64,000 nt of DNA from SAR116 cluster bacterium AG-390-L20 (GCA_003278095.1 QCHB01000005.1:43977-107976); one strand, 5' to 3'; positions 45,901-57,174 are shown, counted from the first letter of the stretch. Notes: generated by a model from the sequence alone, not told the origin. A program made the numbers and translations.

Positions 45901-47146
45901 TTTCATGAGCAGGAGGTTCACCAGGTCTCATAACTCTATATATGTCGACTAATGCCTCTTCCCTAGAAGCATTTTTATCCAATGCCAATGTATTTCTTAT
46001 CCAAGGTCCAACAGAAGAGCTATCTATAGATAAGATATTCAAATTATGTAGACCATTTAACTTGAATAACTTTATAAGCTCCTCAGTAACTTCATCACCA
46101 GCTTCTGCATAAACTTCACCAGTATTTTCATTTATGATGTCCTCAGATATGAATTTTCCAATTATTTCTTCTTCTTTTACTTCAATTAATTTTAAACCAT
46201 CTTCTACTAGAGATTTGATCTTTATTTGGGTAATTTTATCTCCTGCTTTAGCAAGGACTTCATTTTTAGAGGCATCGATTAAATCGAAGTTCAATCTTTG
46301 GCTCTTATAATTATCTGCAAAGAATTCAGTAATCCATTTTTCTGCTTTTAATTGATATGTCTGTGATCTGTAAAAATATTTTAAAATATCCTCTCTTGTC
46401 ATACCAATAAGTTGGGTCCTGTCAGGCTCTAAGTTTTTTTCACTACATTCTTTTAAATACTCCTCGGAATTATTGTCTAATAATGCCATTAAAAAAGTTG
46501 TACATGGTAATTTTCTTCTTCTATCAATCCTTACATTTAAAATATCCTTTGGATCAAATTCAAAATCTAACCAAGATCCTCTATAAGGAATTACCCTTGC
46601 AGCAAAAAGGAATTTACCAGATGCATGAGTTTTACCTTTATCGTGATCAAAAAAGACCCCAGGAGATCGATGCATTTGTGAAACTATAACTCTTTCAGTT
46701 CCATTTACAACAAAAGTTCCATTTGGAGTCATAAGAGGCATATCACCCATATAAACATCTTGTTCTTTCATATCTCGAATTGATTTAGCGCCAGTATCAG
46801 GATCTAAGTCCCATACTATTAATCTTAAGGTTAATCTTAGTGGAGAAGCAAAAGTTAAACCTCTTTGATGACATTCGTCAACGTCATATTTAGGTTGTTC
46901 TAAAGTGTAAGAAACAAATTCTAACATTGATCTACCTGCAAAATCTTTAATTGGAAAAACCGAATTAAACACAGCCTGCAAACCTACATCAATTCTTTCA
47001 TCAACTGGATCATACATCTGAAGAAATTGTTCGTAAGAATTTCTTTGAACCTCAATTAGATTTGGCATCTCTGCTACTTCGCTAATTTTACCAAACGTTC
47101 TTCTAACTCTTCTTCTATTCATTAATGTACTTTGCTGAGCTGACAT
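42968..47146 (-). CDS. rpoB: DNA-directed RNA polymerase subunit beta
   Basis: 1392 aa; [23 protein letters not shown] (rifampicin region) and [13 protein letters not shown]. Confidence 0.97.
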   Translation of the reverse strand: MSAQQSTLMNRRRVRRTFGKISEVAEMPNLIEVQRNSYEQFLQMYDPVDERIDVGLQAVFNSVFPIKDFAGRSMLEFVSYTLEQPKYDVDECHQRGLTFASPLRLTLRLIVWDLDPDTGAKSIRDMKEQDVYMGDMPLMTPNGTFVVNGTERVIVSQMHRSPGVFFDHDKGKTHASGKFLFAARVIPYRGSWLDFEFDPKDILNVRIDRRRKLPCTTFLMALLDNNSEEYLKECSEKNLEPDRTQLIGMTREDILKYFYRSQTYQLKAEKWITEFFADNYKSQRLNFDLIDASKNEVLAKAGDKITQIKIKSLVEDGLKLIEVKEEEIIGKFISEDIINENTGEVYAEAGDEVTEELIKLFKLNGLHNLNILSIDSSSVGPWIRNTLALDKNASREEALVDIYRVMRPGEPPAHETAEILFKNLFFDEERYDLSAVGRVKMSARLNLEVDDSIRILRKVDVLEIIKELISLKDGHGEIDDIDHLGNRRVRSVGELLENQYRVGLSRMERAIKERMSSANEIENLMPQDLINAKPAAASLREFFGSSQLSQFMDQTNPLSEITHKRRVSALGPGGLTRERAGFEVRDVHPTHYGRICPIETPEGPNIGLINSLATFAQINQYGFIETPYRKVDNGKVTKDVVYVSAIEEGKFTIAQANAELDSSDNFTDDLLPVRKGGDIGLANPGDINLMDVSPKQLVSVASALIPFLENDDANRALMGSNMMRQAVPLVKSESPLVGTGIEATVAQDSGVTLVARRSGIVDQVDATRIVIRAHSADAADVSPVDIYSLLKFQRSNQNTCINQRPLVQVGDIINSGDIIADGPATDDGELALGRNVLVAFMPWNGYNFEDSILISERIVKEDVFSSIHIEEFEVMARDTKLGQEEITRDIPNIGEEALRNLDEAGMVYIGAEVKQGDIMVGKVTPKGESPMTPEEKLLRAIFGEKASDVRDTSLKVPPGVSGTIVDVRVFSRRGVDKDERARAIERAEIEKFAKDRDDEKTILERGFYGRLKEYIIGNKIQRSSIKTIKNGDLLTEEIIAKLSRNDLRAISIEDDKVQKKIEKLSNHFDGVIKTLENRFNDRVDKLQRGDELLPGVMKMVKVFVAVKRKLQSGDKMAGRHGNKGVISRIIPSEDMPYTKDGTPVDVVLNPLGVPSRMNVGQILETHLGWAASGLGDKIGKMIESNNDAKNKNIRNFLIQVYGEKQYKSDFSKMNDNDLMQQALNLRRGVPMATPVFDGASEKDVRNILNLADLDETGQVWLTDGRTGEVFDRKVTVGYIYMLKLHHLVDDKIHARSIGPYSLVTQQPLGGKAQFGGQRFGEMEVWALEAYGAAYTLQEMLTVKSDDVSGRTKVYESIIKGDDDFEAGIPESFNVLIKELKSLGLNVNMDLVE

Positions 47147-47205
47147 TTATTATCCTTTTAAAACTTAATTAGCCAATACGACCATATGAAAAAACGTATT
47201 TATAA

Positions 47206-47229
47206 ACAGACTTAAATAATTAAGCCTGT
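47206..47229 (-). terminator. candidate rplL-rpoB intergenic attenuator hairpin
   Basis: acagacttaa-ataa-ttaagcctgt (9/10 bp) in the 108-bp spacer. The T-run is weak on the minus strand (TTTAT) and stronger on the plus strand. Confidence 0.35.
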
Positions 47230-47254
47230 TTTTTATTAAAGGTAAAAGACAAAC

Positions 47255-47629
47255 TTATTTTACCTCAACGGAAGCACCAGCTTCTTCGAGTTTACCTTTA
47301 ATTTCGTTTGCTTCAGCCTCAGGAACCCCTTCTTTAACCATTGATGGAGCTGCCTCAACTAAATCTTTAGCTTCTTTCAACCCTAGCCCCGTTACTGCTC
47401 TAACTTCTTTGATGACGTTTATTTTCTTTTCACCAATTGCTGTTAACATAACATTAAATTCAGTTTTAGCTTCGGCTGAAGGAGCTGCTTCAGCACCACC
47501 TGCAGCAGCTACAGCAACAGGTGCTGATGCTGATACACCCCATTTATCCTCAAGAAGCTTAGCTAGATCAGCTGCCTCTAGAACCGTTAATGAACTCAAA
47601 TCTTGTGCAATTTTTTCTAAGTCTGCCAT
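47255..47629 (-). CDS. rplL: 50S ribosomal protein L7/L12
   Basis: Ala-rich hinge [13 protein letters not shown] and [22 protein letters not shown]. Confidence 0.95.
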   Translation of the reverse strand: MADLEKIAQDLSSLTVLEAADLAKLLEDKWGVSASAPVAVAAAGGAEAAPSAEAKTEFNVMLTAIGEKKINVIKEVRAVTGLGLKEAKDLVEAAPSMVKEGVPEAEANEIKGKLEEAGASVEVK

Positions 47630-47656
47630 TTTTTTCTCCTAATAATATATTAATTG

Positions 47657-48163
47657 TTATTGTTGTGATTTTTGTGAAATTGTTCTTAAAACTTGTGAAG
47701 CTGGCTCCATTGTTAATCTTAAAATCTTTGAAGCTGGTGCTTGAAGCAAACCAACAATTTTACCTCTTAAATCAGATAGGCTTGGGAGCTTTGCAAGTGC
47801 TTCCACATCTATTTTTGAAAGTGGTTTATCTTCTAAACCTCCTCCAATTATAACTAGCTTTTCATTCTCTTTAGCAAAATCAACCAAAATCTTTGCGGCC
47901 ATTACCGGATCTTTAGATGAACCAATCGCTGTCGGTCCTCTAAACATTTCATCCATATGCTGATACTTGGTTTCTTTTAATGCTAATCGAGTAATTTTAT
48001 TTTTTGTAACTTTAAAATAACAATTTTCATTACGCATTTTATTTCGGAGATCTGTACTCTCCGCGACCGTTAGACCAACACAATGAACGACAACTACTGA
48101 AGCAGCATCTTCGAATGTATTATGCAAAGTTTTGACTAGATCAGTTTTTTGTTTTTTATCCAC
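47657..48163 (-). CDS. rplJ: 50S ribosomal protein L10
   Basis: 168 aa, upstream of rplL; typical L10 N-terminal pattern. Confidence 0.93.
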   Translation of the reverse strand: MDKKQKTDLVKTLHNTFEDAASVVVVHCVGLTVAESTDLRNKMRNENCYFKVTKNKITRLALKETKYQHMDEMFRGPTAIGSSKDPVMAAKILVDFAKENEKLVIIGGGLEDKPLSKIDVEALAKLPSLSDLRGKIVGLLQAPASKILRLTMEPASQVLRTISQKSQQ

Positions 48164-48387
48164 CGATAAGTCTCCACGTTTTTGTCATAACAATATGTCA
48201 TGACAGTTGTTGCATTCCAGGTAATAAATTACCCACGGCCCGTCCCTTTCAAATCAAGCAGATAACTGCTCTAATTGTCTATGTAGGATATTAAGAAAAA
48301 ATTCCCCTACAGTCTTGGACAGGATCAGTCTAGTTAAAGACTGATAGAGAATAATAAAATTACTCTCTAAATAAATATATATTTAAA
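48164..48387 (-). promoter_or_regulatory. candidate L10 (rplJ) leader RNA
   Basis: 224-nt untranslated spacer that is locally GC-richer (cccacggcccgtccc). Contains a perfect 8-bp hairpin, atcagtct-agttaa-agactgat (48324-48345), and the palindrome tgtcatgaca. L10 leaders occupy this position in many bacteria. Confidence 0.45.
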
Positions 48388-49062
48388 CTATATATTTATA
48401 TTTATACCAGCTCCCATTGTAGAGCTGATTGATATTTTCTTTATAAACGTGCCTTTTGCACCAGAAGGTCTAGATTTTTGAATTGAATCTATAAATGAGT
48501 TAACATTTTCAACTAATTTATCTGAACCAAAGCTAATTTTTCCAACCCCTGCCTGTACTATACCAGTTTTTTCGGCCCTGTATTGGACTTGTCCTGATTT
48601 AGCTGCTTCAACTGCAACTTTTACGTCTGCTGTAACTGTTCCCAATTTTGGATTAGGCATTAAACCTTTTGGGCCCAAAACTTTTCCAATTCTACCAACC
48701 AGCCCCATTAGATCAGGTGTTGCTATAATTCTATCATAATTTAAATTACCCTTTTGCATATCTTCTGCCAAGTCCTCCGCGCCAACAACATCTGCACCAG
48801 CTTCTTTAGCCTCAATTGCTTTCTGATCCCTTGCGAATACAGCAACTTTCATATTTTTTCCATTACCATTCGGTAAAGATACAACGCCTCTTACCATTTG
48901 ATCGGCATGTCTCGGGTCAATGCCTAAATTCATAGAAATCTCAATTGTTTCGTCAAACTTTTCCCTCTTACTTTCAACAAAAAAGTCGATTGCGTCTTTA
49001 ACGGTAAAAGATTTGTTTTCTAAATTTTTATATACATCAGTTAAAAATTTTCCCTTTTTCAT
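48388..49062 (-). CDS. rplA: 50S ribosomal protein L1
   Basis: [24 protein letters not shown]...LPNG.GK. Confidence 0.95.
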   Translation of the reverse strand: MKKGKFLTDVYKNLENKSFTVKDAIDFFVESKREKFDETIEISMNLGIDPRHADQMVRGVVSLPNGNGKNMKVAVFARDQKAIEAKEAGADVVGAEDLAEDMQKGNLNYDRIIATPDLMGLVGRIGKVLGPKGLMPNPKLGTVTADVKVAVEAAKSGQVQYRAEKTGIVQAGVGKISFGSDKLVENVNSFIDSIQKSRPSGAKGTFIKKISISSTMGAGININI

Positions 49063-49065
49063 TAT

Positions 49066-49494
49066 TTACTCCAAAACCTCTAATCCCATTGATCTAGCTG
49101 AACCTCTTACCATTTCAATTGCCCCTTCTATATTAGCAGCGTTGAGATCTTTCATTTTATTTTCTGCAATTTCTCTAATTTGATCTATTTTAACTGAACC
49201 ACCTACAGTTCTACCAGGCTCACTAGAACCTTTATCTTTACCTGCAGCTTTTTTAAGGTAAAAAGAAACAGGTGGTGTTTTAGTAACAAAACTAAAGCTC
49301 TTATCTGAAAATACTGTTATAACAACTGGTATAGGCATATTTTTTTCTAAGGAATCTGTTGAAGCATTAAAGGCTTTACAAAATTCCATAATATTTACAC
49401 CTCTTTGACCCAATGCAGGACCTACAGGAGGGGAAGGGTTAGCTGCTCCAGCTGGTATATTTAGCTTTATGTATCCATCAATTTTCTTTGCCAT
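49066..49494 (-). CDS. rplK: 50S ribosomal protein L11
   Basis: [29 protein letters not shown]. Confidence 0.95.
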   Translation of the reverse strand: MAKKIDGYIKLNIPAGAANPSPPVGPALGQRGVNIMEFCKAFNASTDSLEKNMPIPVVITVFSDKSFSFVTKTPPVSFYLKKAAGKDKGSSEPGRTVGGSVKIDQIREIAENKMKDLNAANIEGAIEMVRGSARSMGLEVLE

Positions 49495-49537
49495 TTTTCT
49501 CCCTTACAACAAATATTGTTGGTTGTATAATAATTGT

Positions 49538-50068
49538 TTAAATTTTCTCAACCTGACTATACTCAAGATCCACAGGAGTTGATCTACCAAAAATAGAAAC
49601 AGCAACTTTTAGTCTTGATTTATCTTCATCAATTTCTTCAACCAGACCATTAAAACTTTGAAATGGGCCTTCAGACACTCTTACTTCTTCTCCGACTTCA
49701 TATATAATACTAGATCTAGGTCTTTCAATACCTTCACTTATTTGATCAATTAGTCGTTTAGCTTCAGCTTGGCTTATGGCAATAGGTTTGCCCTTACCAC
49801 CTAGAAAACCAGTAACTTTTGACTGAGATTTAATTAAATGCCAAGATTGATCTGTCATTTCCATTTTGACTAAGATATAACCTGGAAAAAATTTCTTTTC
49901 AGATTGAATTTTACTGCCGCGTCTAACTTCTACTACCTCTTCTGTTGGTACTAAAACTTCTTCAATCAAATCTTGCATGTTCTTTGAAATAACTTGCTCT
50001 TCAATACTTTGAGAAACTTTTTTTTCAGAACCTGAAAAAACATGAATAACATACCATTTTTTAGACAT
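49538..50068 (-). CDS. nusG: transcription termination/antitermination factor NusG
   Basis: [18 protein letters not shown]...FPGYILVKM and C-terminal KOW G..VRV..GPF. Confidence 0.93.
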   Translation of the reverse strand: MSKKWYVIHVFSGSEKKVSQSIEEQVISKNMQDLIEEVLVPTEEVVEVRRGSKIQSEKKFFPGYILVKMEMTDQSWHLIKSQSKVTGFLGGKGKPIAISQAEAKRLIDQISEGIERPRSSIIYEVGEEVRVSEGPFQSFNGLVEEIDEDKSRLKVAVSIFGRSTPVDLEYSQVEKI

Positions 50069-50119
50069 ATTTGCCTTCCAATTTCGCGATTAGAATTGAG
50101 AAAAGTATAAACAATGTAA

Positions 50120-50317
50120 TTAACCACCAAAACTTAATAAATACTGGACAATATTAGAAAGCATAAGATCAACTAATAAGAAAAAAATAGAAGCTATTAA
50201 TGCCATAACGAAAACACTTAATGATGCGAACAAAGTTTCTCGTCTAGAAGCCCAAGTTATTCTGTTAATTTCTTGTCTTACCTGCCTAACAAATTGCGCG
50301 GGGTTTGTTTTAGCCAT
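50120..50317 (-). CDS. secE: preprotein translocase subunit SecE
   Basis: Start taken at MAKTNPAQFVRQVRQEINRITW; single C-terminal TM helix; upstream of nusG. Confidence 0.85.
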   Translation of the reverse strand: MAKTNPAQFVRQVRQEINRITWASRRETLFASLSVFVMALIASIFFLLVDLMLSNIVQYLLSFGG

Positions 50318-50406
50318 GAGAAACCTTTCTTGCAAGAACAAAAATGTCTATTTACATTTTTTTTTTTTATAAGTCAAAGTCATTAATAATTTATCATGCA
50401 TATAAT

Positions 50407-50482
50407 TGGCAGGAGTGGAGGGGCTCGAACCCCCAGCCCCCGGTTTTGGAGACCGGTGCTCTACCAGTTGAGCTACACTCCT
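50407..50482 (-). tRNA. tRNA-Trp (anticodon CCA)
   Basis: Reverse complement is AGGAGTGTAGCTCAACTGGTAGAGCACCGGTCTCCAAAACCGGGGGCTGGGGGTTCGAGCCCCTCCACTCCTGCCA. Confidence 0.9.
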
Positions 50483-50499
50483 TTATTTAAATAATAAAC

Positions 50500-51750
50500 C
50501 CTCACTACATTAACTATTAAATGTTATCAGTTAAGACTGAATACTCGAAACAACCCCAGCACCAACTGTTCTTCCACCTTCTCTTATTGCAAATCTTAAA
50601 CCTTCATCCATTGCAATTGGTGCAATTAACTCAACAGTTATTGCTATATTATCCCCAGGCATAACCATTTCTGTTCCTGATGGAAGCTCTACAGCCCCAG
50701 TTACGTCAGTAGTTCTAAAATAAAATTGTGGACGATAATTACTAAAAAAAGGTGTATGCCTTCCACCTTCATCTTTAGTTAATATGTAAGCCTCGCCTTT
50801 AAATTTTGAATATGGCTTGATTGAACCAGGTGCAGATAAAACTTGACCTCGTTCGACTTCTTCTCTTTTTGTACCTCTTAAAAGAACACCAACATTATCA
50901 CCAGCTTCACCAGAATCTAATAACTTACGAAACATTTCAACACCAGTACATGTTGTCTTAGTTGTTTCCTTTATGCCAACAATCTCTATTTCTTCACCAA
51001 CTTTCACAACACCTCTTTCCACACGACCCGTAACAACAGTTCCTCTTCCAGATATAGAAAAAACGTCTTCAATAGGCATTAAAAAAGGCTTATCTTTGTC
51101 ACGAGCTGGTTGAGGAATATAAGTATCAACAGCAGTCATTAATTCTGTAATCGAATTCAGACCAATAGCTTCATCACGATTCTCTAAAGCCGCTAGTGCA
51201 CTTCCTTTTATAATAGGAATGTCGTCACCAGGAAAATCATAACTACTTAAGAGTTCACGAATTTCTAATTCCACTAATTCTAATAATTCTTCATCATCAA
51301 CTTGATCGACTTTATTCATATAAACTACTAATGAGGGAACACCTACCTGACGCGCTAAAAGTATATGCTCTTTAGTTTGAGGCATAGGACCATCCGCAGC
51401 ATTCACAACTAAAATAGCGCCATCCATTTGAGCCGCGCCGGTGATCATGTTCTTGACATAGTCAGCGTGACCTGGACAGTCAACATGAGCATAATGACGA
51501 TTTTCAGTAGAATATTCAACATGAGCAGTAGATATAGTTATACCTCTCTCTCTTTCTTCAGGCGCTTTATCAATTTGGTCATAAGCAGAAAAGTCAGCAC
51601 GACCAGCATCAGCCATAACTTTTGTAATTGCTGCAGTTAAAGTAGTTTTCCCATGATCAACGTGGCCTATTGTGCCAATGTTAACGTGTGGTTTACTACG
51701 ATCAAATTTTTCTTTAGACATCTTATATGACCTTTCTGTATATAATTGTT
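50500..51750. repeat. 1251-bp repeat, copy 2
   Basis: See copy 1 at 34322..35572. Confidence 0.85.
50531..51721 (-). CDS. tuf: elongation factor Tu (copy 2)
   Basis: Protein identical to copy 1. The ORF-track start at 51841 runs through tRNA-Tyr and is rejected; the true start is [10 protein letters not shown] at 51721. Confidence 0.97.
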   Translation of the reverse strand: MSKEKFDRSKPHVNIGTIGHVDHGKTTLTAAITKVMADAGRADFSAYDQIDKAPEERERGITISTAHVEYSTENRHYAHVDCPGHADYVKNMITGAAQMDGAILVVNAADGPMPQTKEHILLARQVGVPSLVVYMNKVDQVDDEELLELVELEIRELLSSYDFPGDDIPIIKGSALAALENRDEAIGLNSITELMTAVDTYIPQPARDKDKPFLMPIEDVFSISGRGTVVTGRVERGVVKVGEEIEIVGIKETTKTTCTGVEMFRKLLDSGEAGDNVGVLLRGTKREEVERGQVLSAPGSIKPYSKFKGEAYILTKDEGGRHTPFFSNYRPQFYFRTTDVTGAVELPSGTEMVMPGDNIAITVELIAPIAMDEGLRFAIREGGRTVGAGVVSSIQS

Positions 51751-51762
51751 GTAAAAATAAAA

Positions 51763-51847
51763 TGGTGGTGGGGGTAGGATTCGAACCTACGTACGCTACG
51801 CGGGCAGATTTACAGTCTGCTGCCTTTAACCACTCGGCCACCCCACC
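51763..51847 (-). tRNA. tRNA-Tyr (anticodon GTA), long variable arm
   Basis: Reverse complement is GGTGGGGTGGCCGAGTGGTTAAAGGCAGCAGACTGTAAATCTGCCCGCGTAGCGTACGTAGGTTCGAATCCTACCCCCACCACCA. Confidence 0.9.
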
Positions 51848-52006
51848 AAATTTTTAAATAATTTCTTTTTTATTAATTTTAAAAAAATACCCTGTTAAAT
51901 TAATTAATTATGGTAAGTTTATATACACAAGCATTGCGAAATATAAAAGCTTTATTTCAATGTCAATAAAAAAACATATAAAAACCAATTTGCTTTAGAT
52001 AAAAAA

Positions 52007-52864
52007 ATGAAAAGAAATTTTACAAGATCAAAAAAAAATGAAAAATTTCTATTTTTTAAAAACAAAAATGTCATAAAAGAAAGTAAAAATGTAATTCTGA
52101 AAAAGGATTTAAATCTGAAGCCCAATCAATTAATTATATCTGGTAAACATGCAGTGCTTTCAGCTTTGCAAAACAAACAAAGAAAATCATTTTATCTTAT
52201 TTCAACAAAAGATCATCACGTAAAATGGGAAAAAAGTATCAAAGATTTAGGACTTAAAACTAAAATAAAAATAAAAACTAAAGAACAACTAGATATAATC
52301 AATGATTTTAAACCCCATCAAAATGTAATTTTAATCACAGAGCCTCTTAAAAGAATTTCATTAGATGAGTTTTTAATTGATAAACAATATGAATCTGAAC
52401 AACCCATAAGAATTATAATTTTAGATCAAGTATCCGATCCCCAAAATGTTGGTGCTATAATTAGGTCAGCTTTTGCTTTTAAAATGAATGCATTGGCATT
52501 ATCCCAAACAAATAGTCCAGTAGAGTCTACTAGCATGTCAAAAGCTTCATCAGGTACAATTGAAAAATTAAAAATTATAGAATTATCTAATATGTCAAGG
52601 GCAATAAGAAAACTTCAAGATGCAAATTTTCGTGTCTATGGTTTGGCTAATGGTGGAAATGGAAATGTTTTTGATCTTGAAAAAGAAGTTGGGAACGTTG
52701 CTGTTATTGTTGGCTCAGAGGGCAAAGGCCTAAGAAGATTAACAAAGGAAAAAGTAGATCAACTATTAGAGATACCAATTAATCCTGACAGCGAGTCATT
52801 AAATGTTTCAAACGCCGCTTCAATATCTATGTTTCAGTTACAAAAAAATATTATAAAAAATTAA
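52007..52864 (+). CDS. rlmB: SpoU/TrmH-family RNA 2'-O-methyltransferase (RlmB-like)
   Basis: DQVSDPQNVGAIIRSA, IVGSEGKGLRRLT, SLNVSNAASI motifs. Confidence 0.75.
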   Translation: MKRNFTRSKKNEKFLFFKNKNVIKESKNVILKKDLNLKPNQLIISGKHAVLSALQNKQRKSFYLISTKDHHVKWEKSIKDLGLKTKIKIKTKEQLDIINDFKPHQNVILITEPLKRISLDEFLIDKQYESEQPIRIIILDQVSDPQNVGAIIRSAFAFKMNALALSQTNSPVESTSMSKASSGTIEKLKIIELSNMSRAIRKLQDANFRVYGLANGGNGNVFDLEKEVGNVAVIVGSEGKGLRRLTKEKVDQLLEIPINPDSESLNVSNAASISMFQLQKNIIKN

Positions 52865-52911
52865 ATAAGTACTTGTCTATAAAATAAATATCTATTATTG
52901 ATTTGATCAGT

Positions 52912-52987
<76 letters not shown>

Positions 52988-52994
52988 TAATTTG

Positions 52995-54023
52995 TTAAAC
53001 AAGATCTAATAATTTTTTCTTAAAATTTGACTTGTATATATATTCTTCAACTTTGAGATTTTCTAAATATTCTTCTGCAGTATTCATTAACTTCTCGCCT
53101 TTTAAAAAATGATTAAGGAGATGTTTTTGAAATCGAAAAACGCTATCTCCCGCAAACCCTTTTTTAAACCATTTATAATTTACTTTTTTTTCTATATTAT
53201 CCCCAAATTTTCTTTTAAAAATTTCTCCATTTCCATTTAATCTTAATGTACCCATAGAGCCTTCAATGAGCATTTCACCGATCGTTAGTCTTCGGTCTAG
53301 AGCAATATGATCAGACAGTCTATTACCGTCGAATAAACCTCTTATTCCATTTTTAAATTCAAAGAAAACAATTCCTGCATCTTCTCCATTTATGTTAGTG
53401 TTTAATTTAGACAAATTAGCAAAAACACTTTTTATATCGCCAAATAAAAATCTAAAGACATCAATTAAATGAATAGCGGTTTCATGTATTAAAAATCGTT
53501 CCATTTTTTGGAAATAAGGTTGTCTTTCTAAATAAGCTTTTTCACCTTGCCCGTCGCCAGGGCGCATCCTAAAACTTACTTGATATAAGTCGCCTAATAA
53601 TGAAGTTTTTAGGATTTCATCAATTTTAATATACCATGGTTGAAATCTAAAATTTTCGTGAACTGCTATCTTCACTTTTTTTCTTTTTGTAAAACTTATT
53701 GCTTCTTTAGCTTCTTTAATAGAAGTGGTAAAAGGCTTTTGACAAATAATATCAACTTTGTTTCTTGCAGCAATTTTAATAAATTTAAGATGATTTAAAG
53801 GTGGAACAATTATATCAACAAGTTCTGGTTTAGTAGTTTTTATCATAGTTTCAAAATCAGAAAAAACCTCACAATTTTCAAACTGTTTAGAATATTTACT
53901 GGCCTCATTTTTATTCAATGAACATATTCCTACCAAATTTACATTTAATCTTTTCCAAGCATCATAGTGAAATTGACTAAAGTAACCTGTTCCTACAACT
54001 ACTAATCTAATACTTTTTTTCAT
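52995..54023 (-). CDS. Gfo/Idh/MocA family oxidoreductase
   Basis: N-terminal Rossmann RLVVVGTGYFSQFH; 342 aa. Confidence 0.75.
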   Translation of the reverse strand: MKKSIRLVVVGTGYFSQFHYDAWKRLNVNLVGICSLNKNEASKYSKQFENCEVFSDFETMIKTTKPELVDIIVPPLNHLKFIKIAARNKVDIICQKPFTTSIKEAKEAISFTKRKKVKIAVHENFRFQPWYIKIDEILKTSLLGDLYQVSFRMRPGDGQGEKAYLERQPYFQKMERFLIHETAIHLIDVFRFLFGDIKSVFANLSKLNTNINGEDAGIVFFEFKNGIRGLFDGNRLSDHIALDRRLTIGEMLIEGSMGTLRLNGNGEIFKRKFGDNIEKKVNYKWFKKGFAGDSVFRFQKHLLNHFLKGEKLMNTAEEYLENLKVEEYIYKSNFKKKLLDLV

Positions 54024-54046
54024 TGAATTTGACTTTGACTAATTCT

Positions 54047-54484
54047 TTAATTTTTATACTTCATTGCAATATGAGGAATTCCATCTTCATAAAATGTATT
54101 ACCATAGGAAATGAAATTAAGACTTTTATAAAAATCTTCTACAGCGACTTGACTATGTAAAATTAATAAGTTGTCTTTTTTATTAATTAAATATGTCTCT
54201 ATTATTTTATTAATCAGCAAGGATCCTACTTTCAGCCTCCTAAATTCAGGTAAAACTGCCACCCTTTCTATCTTAAAAGTATTTTCAGTTTTTGGACGAA
54301 CTCTAGCGGTCGCAATAAAAATTTTATCTTTGCTAATTAAAAAATGTTGGCATAAATGATCTAGATTATCAAACTCAATTTTTTGAGAAATTTTTTGTTC
54401 CTCACAAAAAACTTTTTTTCTAATTTTATAAGAAATATTTAACTTTTCAGTGGAAGTTATCTTTAAAAATCTATATGTTTTCAT
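54047..54484 (-). CDS. GNAT family N-acetyltransferase
   Basis: 145 aa; acetyl-CoA binding segment VAVLPEFRRLKVGSLLI. Confidence 0.75.
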   Translation of the reverse strand: MKTYRFLKITSTEKLNISYKIRKKVFCEEQKISQKIEFDNLDHLCQHFLISKDKIFIATARVRPKTENTFKIERVAVLPEFRRLKVGSLLINKIIETYLINKKDNLLILHSQVAVEDFYKSLNFISYGNTFYEDGIPHIAMKYKN

Positions 54485-54524
54485 ATGTGAATTTTCTTAA
54501 ATTAATTTAACAATAAAACTGCTA

Positions 54525-55217
54525 CTACAAAGGTAAAATACTACCATCATAGTTAAAAAACTTTCCCGTATCTTCCTTCTTCAAATTTAAGAAGTGTTTA
54601 AGTAAACCAGCAGCACTCTCTTCTGGTGATATATCAGCTAAATTTCCTCCCATGTCTGTTCTGACCCAACCAGGATGATAAGATGTTACAACAATGTTTT
54701 CATTAATAAATTGATTGGATATAGTTCTCATTAAGTTATTAGCTGCTGCTTTAGAAGCTCTATAAATTGCTGCATTAGATGAAGAATGAGTTTGGCTACC
54801 CATTAGTGAGGAAATGATAGCTACTTTAGATCCATCAATTTTGTTTAAGTTATCATAAAGATTTCTGATAGTTAGAAAAGGTCCTGCAACATTTACCATC
54901 ATGACGTCTAAAATGTTTTTTTCATTATGCTCTTTACTAAAAATATCACCCTTTCCATTATTAATACCTGCATTACAAACAAGTAAATCAATGGGATTTT
55001 TAAACTCTTTAGCAGCTTTTAAAATACTTTTTGTATTTGTAACATCCATTTTAATAATATTTAAATCTGGATATTCATCAGCAAGTTTTTTTAATTCAAT
55101 AGAATTATCTAAATCTCGGCAACATGCTTCAACCCTATTTTTTTTTGTAAGTGCTAATTTTGTTAAAGCTAAACCTATTCCTCTATTAGCTCCCGTAATA
55201 AGAATTGTTTTAATGAT
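54525..55217 (-). CDS. SDR family oxidoreductase with apparent non-ATG (ATC/ATT) start
   Basis: The ORF track starts at an internal Met (55049). The same frame stays open upstream and encodes I-I-K-T-ILITGANRGIGLAL (the cofactor motif), preceded by AAGGAG (55223-55228) and an in-frame TAA at 55227-55229. YRASKAA catalytic motif lies downstream. Confidence 0.7.
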   Translation of the reverse strand: MIKTILITGANRGIGLALTKLALTKKNRVEACCRDLDNSIELKKLADEYPDLNIIKMDVTNTKSILKAAKEFKNPIDLLVCNAGINNGKGDIFSKEHNEKNILDVMMVNVAGPFLTIRNLYDNLNKIDGSKVAIISSLMGSQTHSSSNAAIYRASKAAANNLMRTISNQFINENIVVTSYHPGWVRTDMGGNLADISPEESAAGLLKHFLNLKKEDTGKFFNYDGSILPL

Positions 55218-55256
55218 AAAATCTCCTTAAAAAAATAAGTCTGATAAATTAATATT

Positions 55257-56126
55257 CTATTTTTTGGACTTTATATAATTTCGCCAAGCAGCAAAAATAC
55301 CACTAGCTACAACTATACTTCCACCTAGAAAAATTGACAAAGTAACTTTATCATTAAAAATATATATTCCTATGATAGATGCAAAAAATAATTGGAAATA
55401 TGTAAATGGTTGCAAAACACTTGCTTCCGCATTTTCATACGCTTTTATTAATAAAAAATGACCAGCAGTGCTAAGGATACATAATAAAGCCATCAAGGTC
55501 CAATCTTTAAAAAAAATTGGCTCCCAAAAAAATGGTCCTATAATCGACATTAATGCACAACCTACAATGGCAACCCAAAAAAAACTTGTTTCAGAAGTGT
55601 CTGTTTCAGAAACTTTTCTGGTTAAAATAGTGTAAAAACCTAATACAAAAGCTCCCGCTACAGGAAGTAAAGCATCGAAACTTATTATAAAATCTGTAGG
55701 GTTTAAAATAATTAAAACACCAATGAAACCAAATAAAACTGCCATCCATCTTTGAATCCCTATTTTTTCTTTCAATATTGGCCCCGAAAACGCAACAACT
55801 ATTAGAGGAAAGGAGGATAATATTGAATGAGTTTGAACCAGACCTAACGTCGTGAAGGAGTAAACTCCAATTAGTATGGCCGAAATTAGTAATATTCCTC
55901 TTATAAATTGTATATATGGCTGTTTAGTAGTTATAACTTTTTTAATGCCATTTTTTTTTCTTAAACTGATTGAAATAACTAGTATTGCTAAAACCCAGCT
56001 TCTAATCATATTAATAACAAAAACATTGTATGTTTCTGCTAAATATCTTGATACTCCGTCCATAGTAGCAAAAAATAAAGTAGCGAATATTATTAATAAA
56101 ATTCCATTTTTAACGTTATTAATCAA
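55257..56126 (-). CDS. DMT superfamily (EamA-like) transporter
   Basis: 289 aa, about 10 hydrophobic helices in two halves. Confidence 0.75.
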   Translation of the reverse strand: MINNVKNGILLIIFATLFFATMDGVSRYLAETYNVFVINMIRSWVLAILVISISLRKKNGIKKVITTKQPYIQFIRGILLISAILIGVYSFTTLGLVQTHSILSSFPLIVVAFSGPILKEKIGIQRWMAVLFGFIGVLIILNPTDFIISFDALLPVAGAFVLGFYTILTRKVSETDTSETSFFWVAIVGCALMSIIGPFFWEPIFFKDWTLMALLCILSTAGHFLLIKAYENAEASVLQPFTYFQLFFASIIGIYIFNDKVTLSIFLGGSIVVASGIFAAWRNYIKSKK

Positions 56127-56268
56127 AACGAGTTAATTCCTAAAGTTATTTTATGTCTGAATAAAAAAGCAATTGTTAACTTATGAATTATACTTTTTAT
56201 TTATTTGTGTTTACATATAAATTTTATTATTGACGATTAACATATAATTTTATTTACAAGAGAAACAC

Positions 56269-57162
56269 ATGAGCAATCATTTAAAACCATTGGGCTTTGT
56301 TGGCATAGGATTAATGGGAAACTGTCTTGTAAAACGTTTAATAGAAAAAGAATATAATGTTAGTATTTATGATAAAAATAAAAATAACCTAAAACATTTG
56401 ATTAATAAAAAAAGAATTTCGTTATCGAGAAGTCCAGCTGAATTATCTCAAGATTGTGAGATAATATTTATATGTGTAGATAAAACAGAAAGTGTAGAGG
56501 ATGTAGTTTTTAAGGAAAGTGGAATTATTAAAAATGCTTCTAAAACTACTATTATAGTGGATTTATCTACTACCTTAGCCAATGAAACAGTAAACTTTTC
56601 AAATAAAATAAGTACTAAAAAAGGAGCATCATGGATTGATGCTCCTATGTCTGGAGGACCAGACAAAGCTTTAGATGGTACCTTAGCTTTAATGATCGGT
56701 GGAGAAAAAAAGATTTTTGAAAAAGTATCACCCATCTTAAAAAATATTTCATCTAATTTCACTTATTTTGGACCAACTGGATCAGGTCAAATTGTAAAAA
56801 TGATAAATCAAATTTTAGTCCTCAATAATTACACAATTTTAGCAGAGGCATTGTCATTTGCTGAGGCTTGGAAGATTGATTCAAAAAAAATTCCAGAAGC
56901 ACTAAGTGAAGGTCACGCAGGTTCAAATTTGTTAAAACATTTATTTCCAAGAATGATAAATAGAGATTTTAAACCACAAGGTTATATATCTCAAATTCTT
57001 AAAGATTTAACTATGGTTTTAGAACTTGGAGATAAAAAAAAAATACCTCTTCCAATGTCAAATCTAACTAAACAATTATTTACACTATTATCTGAAAAAT
57101 CGAAGGAAAATTTAGACGGGACATCTATTATTAAATTATTTAACAAAGATGATAAATTTTAA
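56269..57162 (+). CDS. NAD(P)-dependent 3-hydroxyisobutyrate/6-phosphogluconate dehydrogenase-like oxidoreductase
   Basis: GFVGIGLMGNCL dinucleotide fold, DAPMSGG, GSGQIVKMINQ. Confidence 0.8.
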   Translation: MSNHLKPLGFVGIGLMGNCLVKRLIEKEYNVSIYDKNKNNLKHLINKKRISLSRSPAELSQDCEIIFICVDKTESVEDVVFKESGIIKNASKTTIIVDLSTTLANETVNFSNKISTKKGASWIDAPMSGGPDKALDGTLALMIGGEKKIFEKVSPILKNISSNFTYFGPTGSGQIVKMINQILVLNNYTILAEALSFAEAWKIDSKKIPEALSEGHAGSNLLKHLFPRMINRDFKPQGYISQILKDLTMVLELGDKKKIPLPMSNLTKQLFTLLSEKSKENLDGTSIIKLFNKDDKF

Positions 57163-57174
57163 AGAAATATTAAA

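Noticed and set aside
51722-51841. 40-aa N-terminal extension of the second tuf ORF
   Set aside because: The extension reads through tRNA-Tyr. The copy-1 protein starts at [10 protein letters not shown], with an identical upstream RBS region.
54901-55230. Plus-strand ORF 54901..55230
   Set aside because: It is antisense to the SDR N-terminal coding region, which carries the TGxxxGIG-type cofactor motif on the minus strand.
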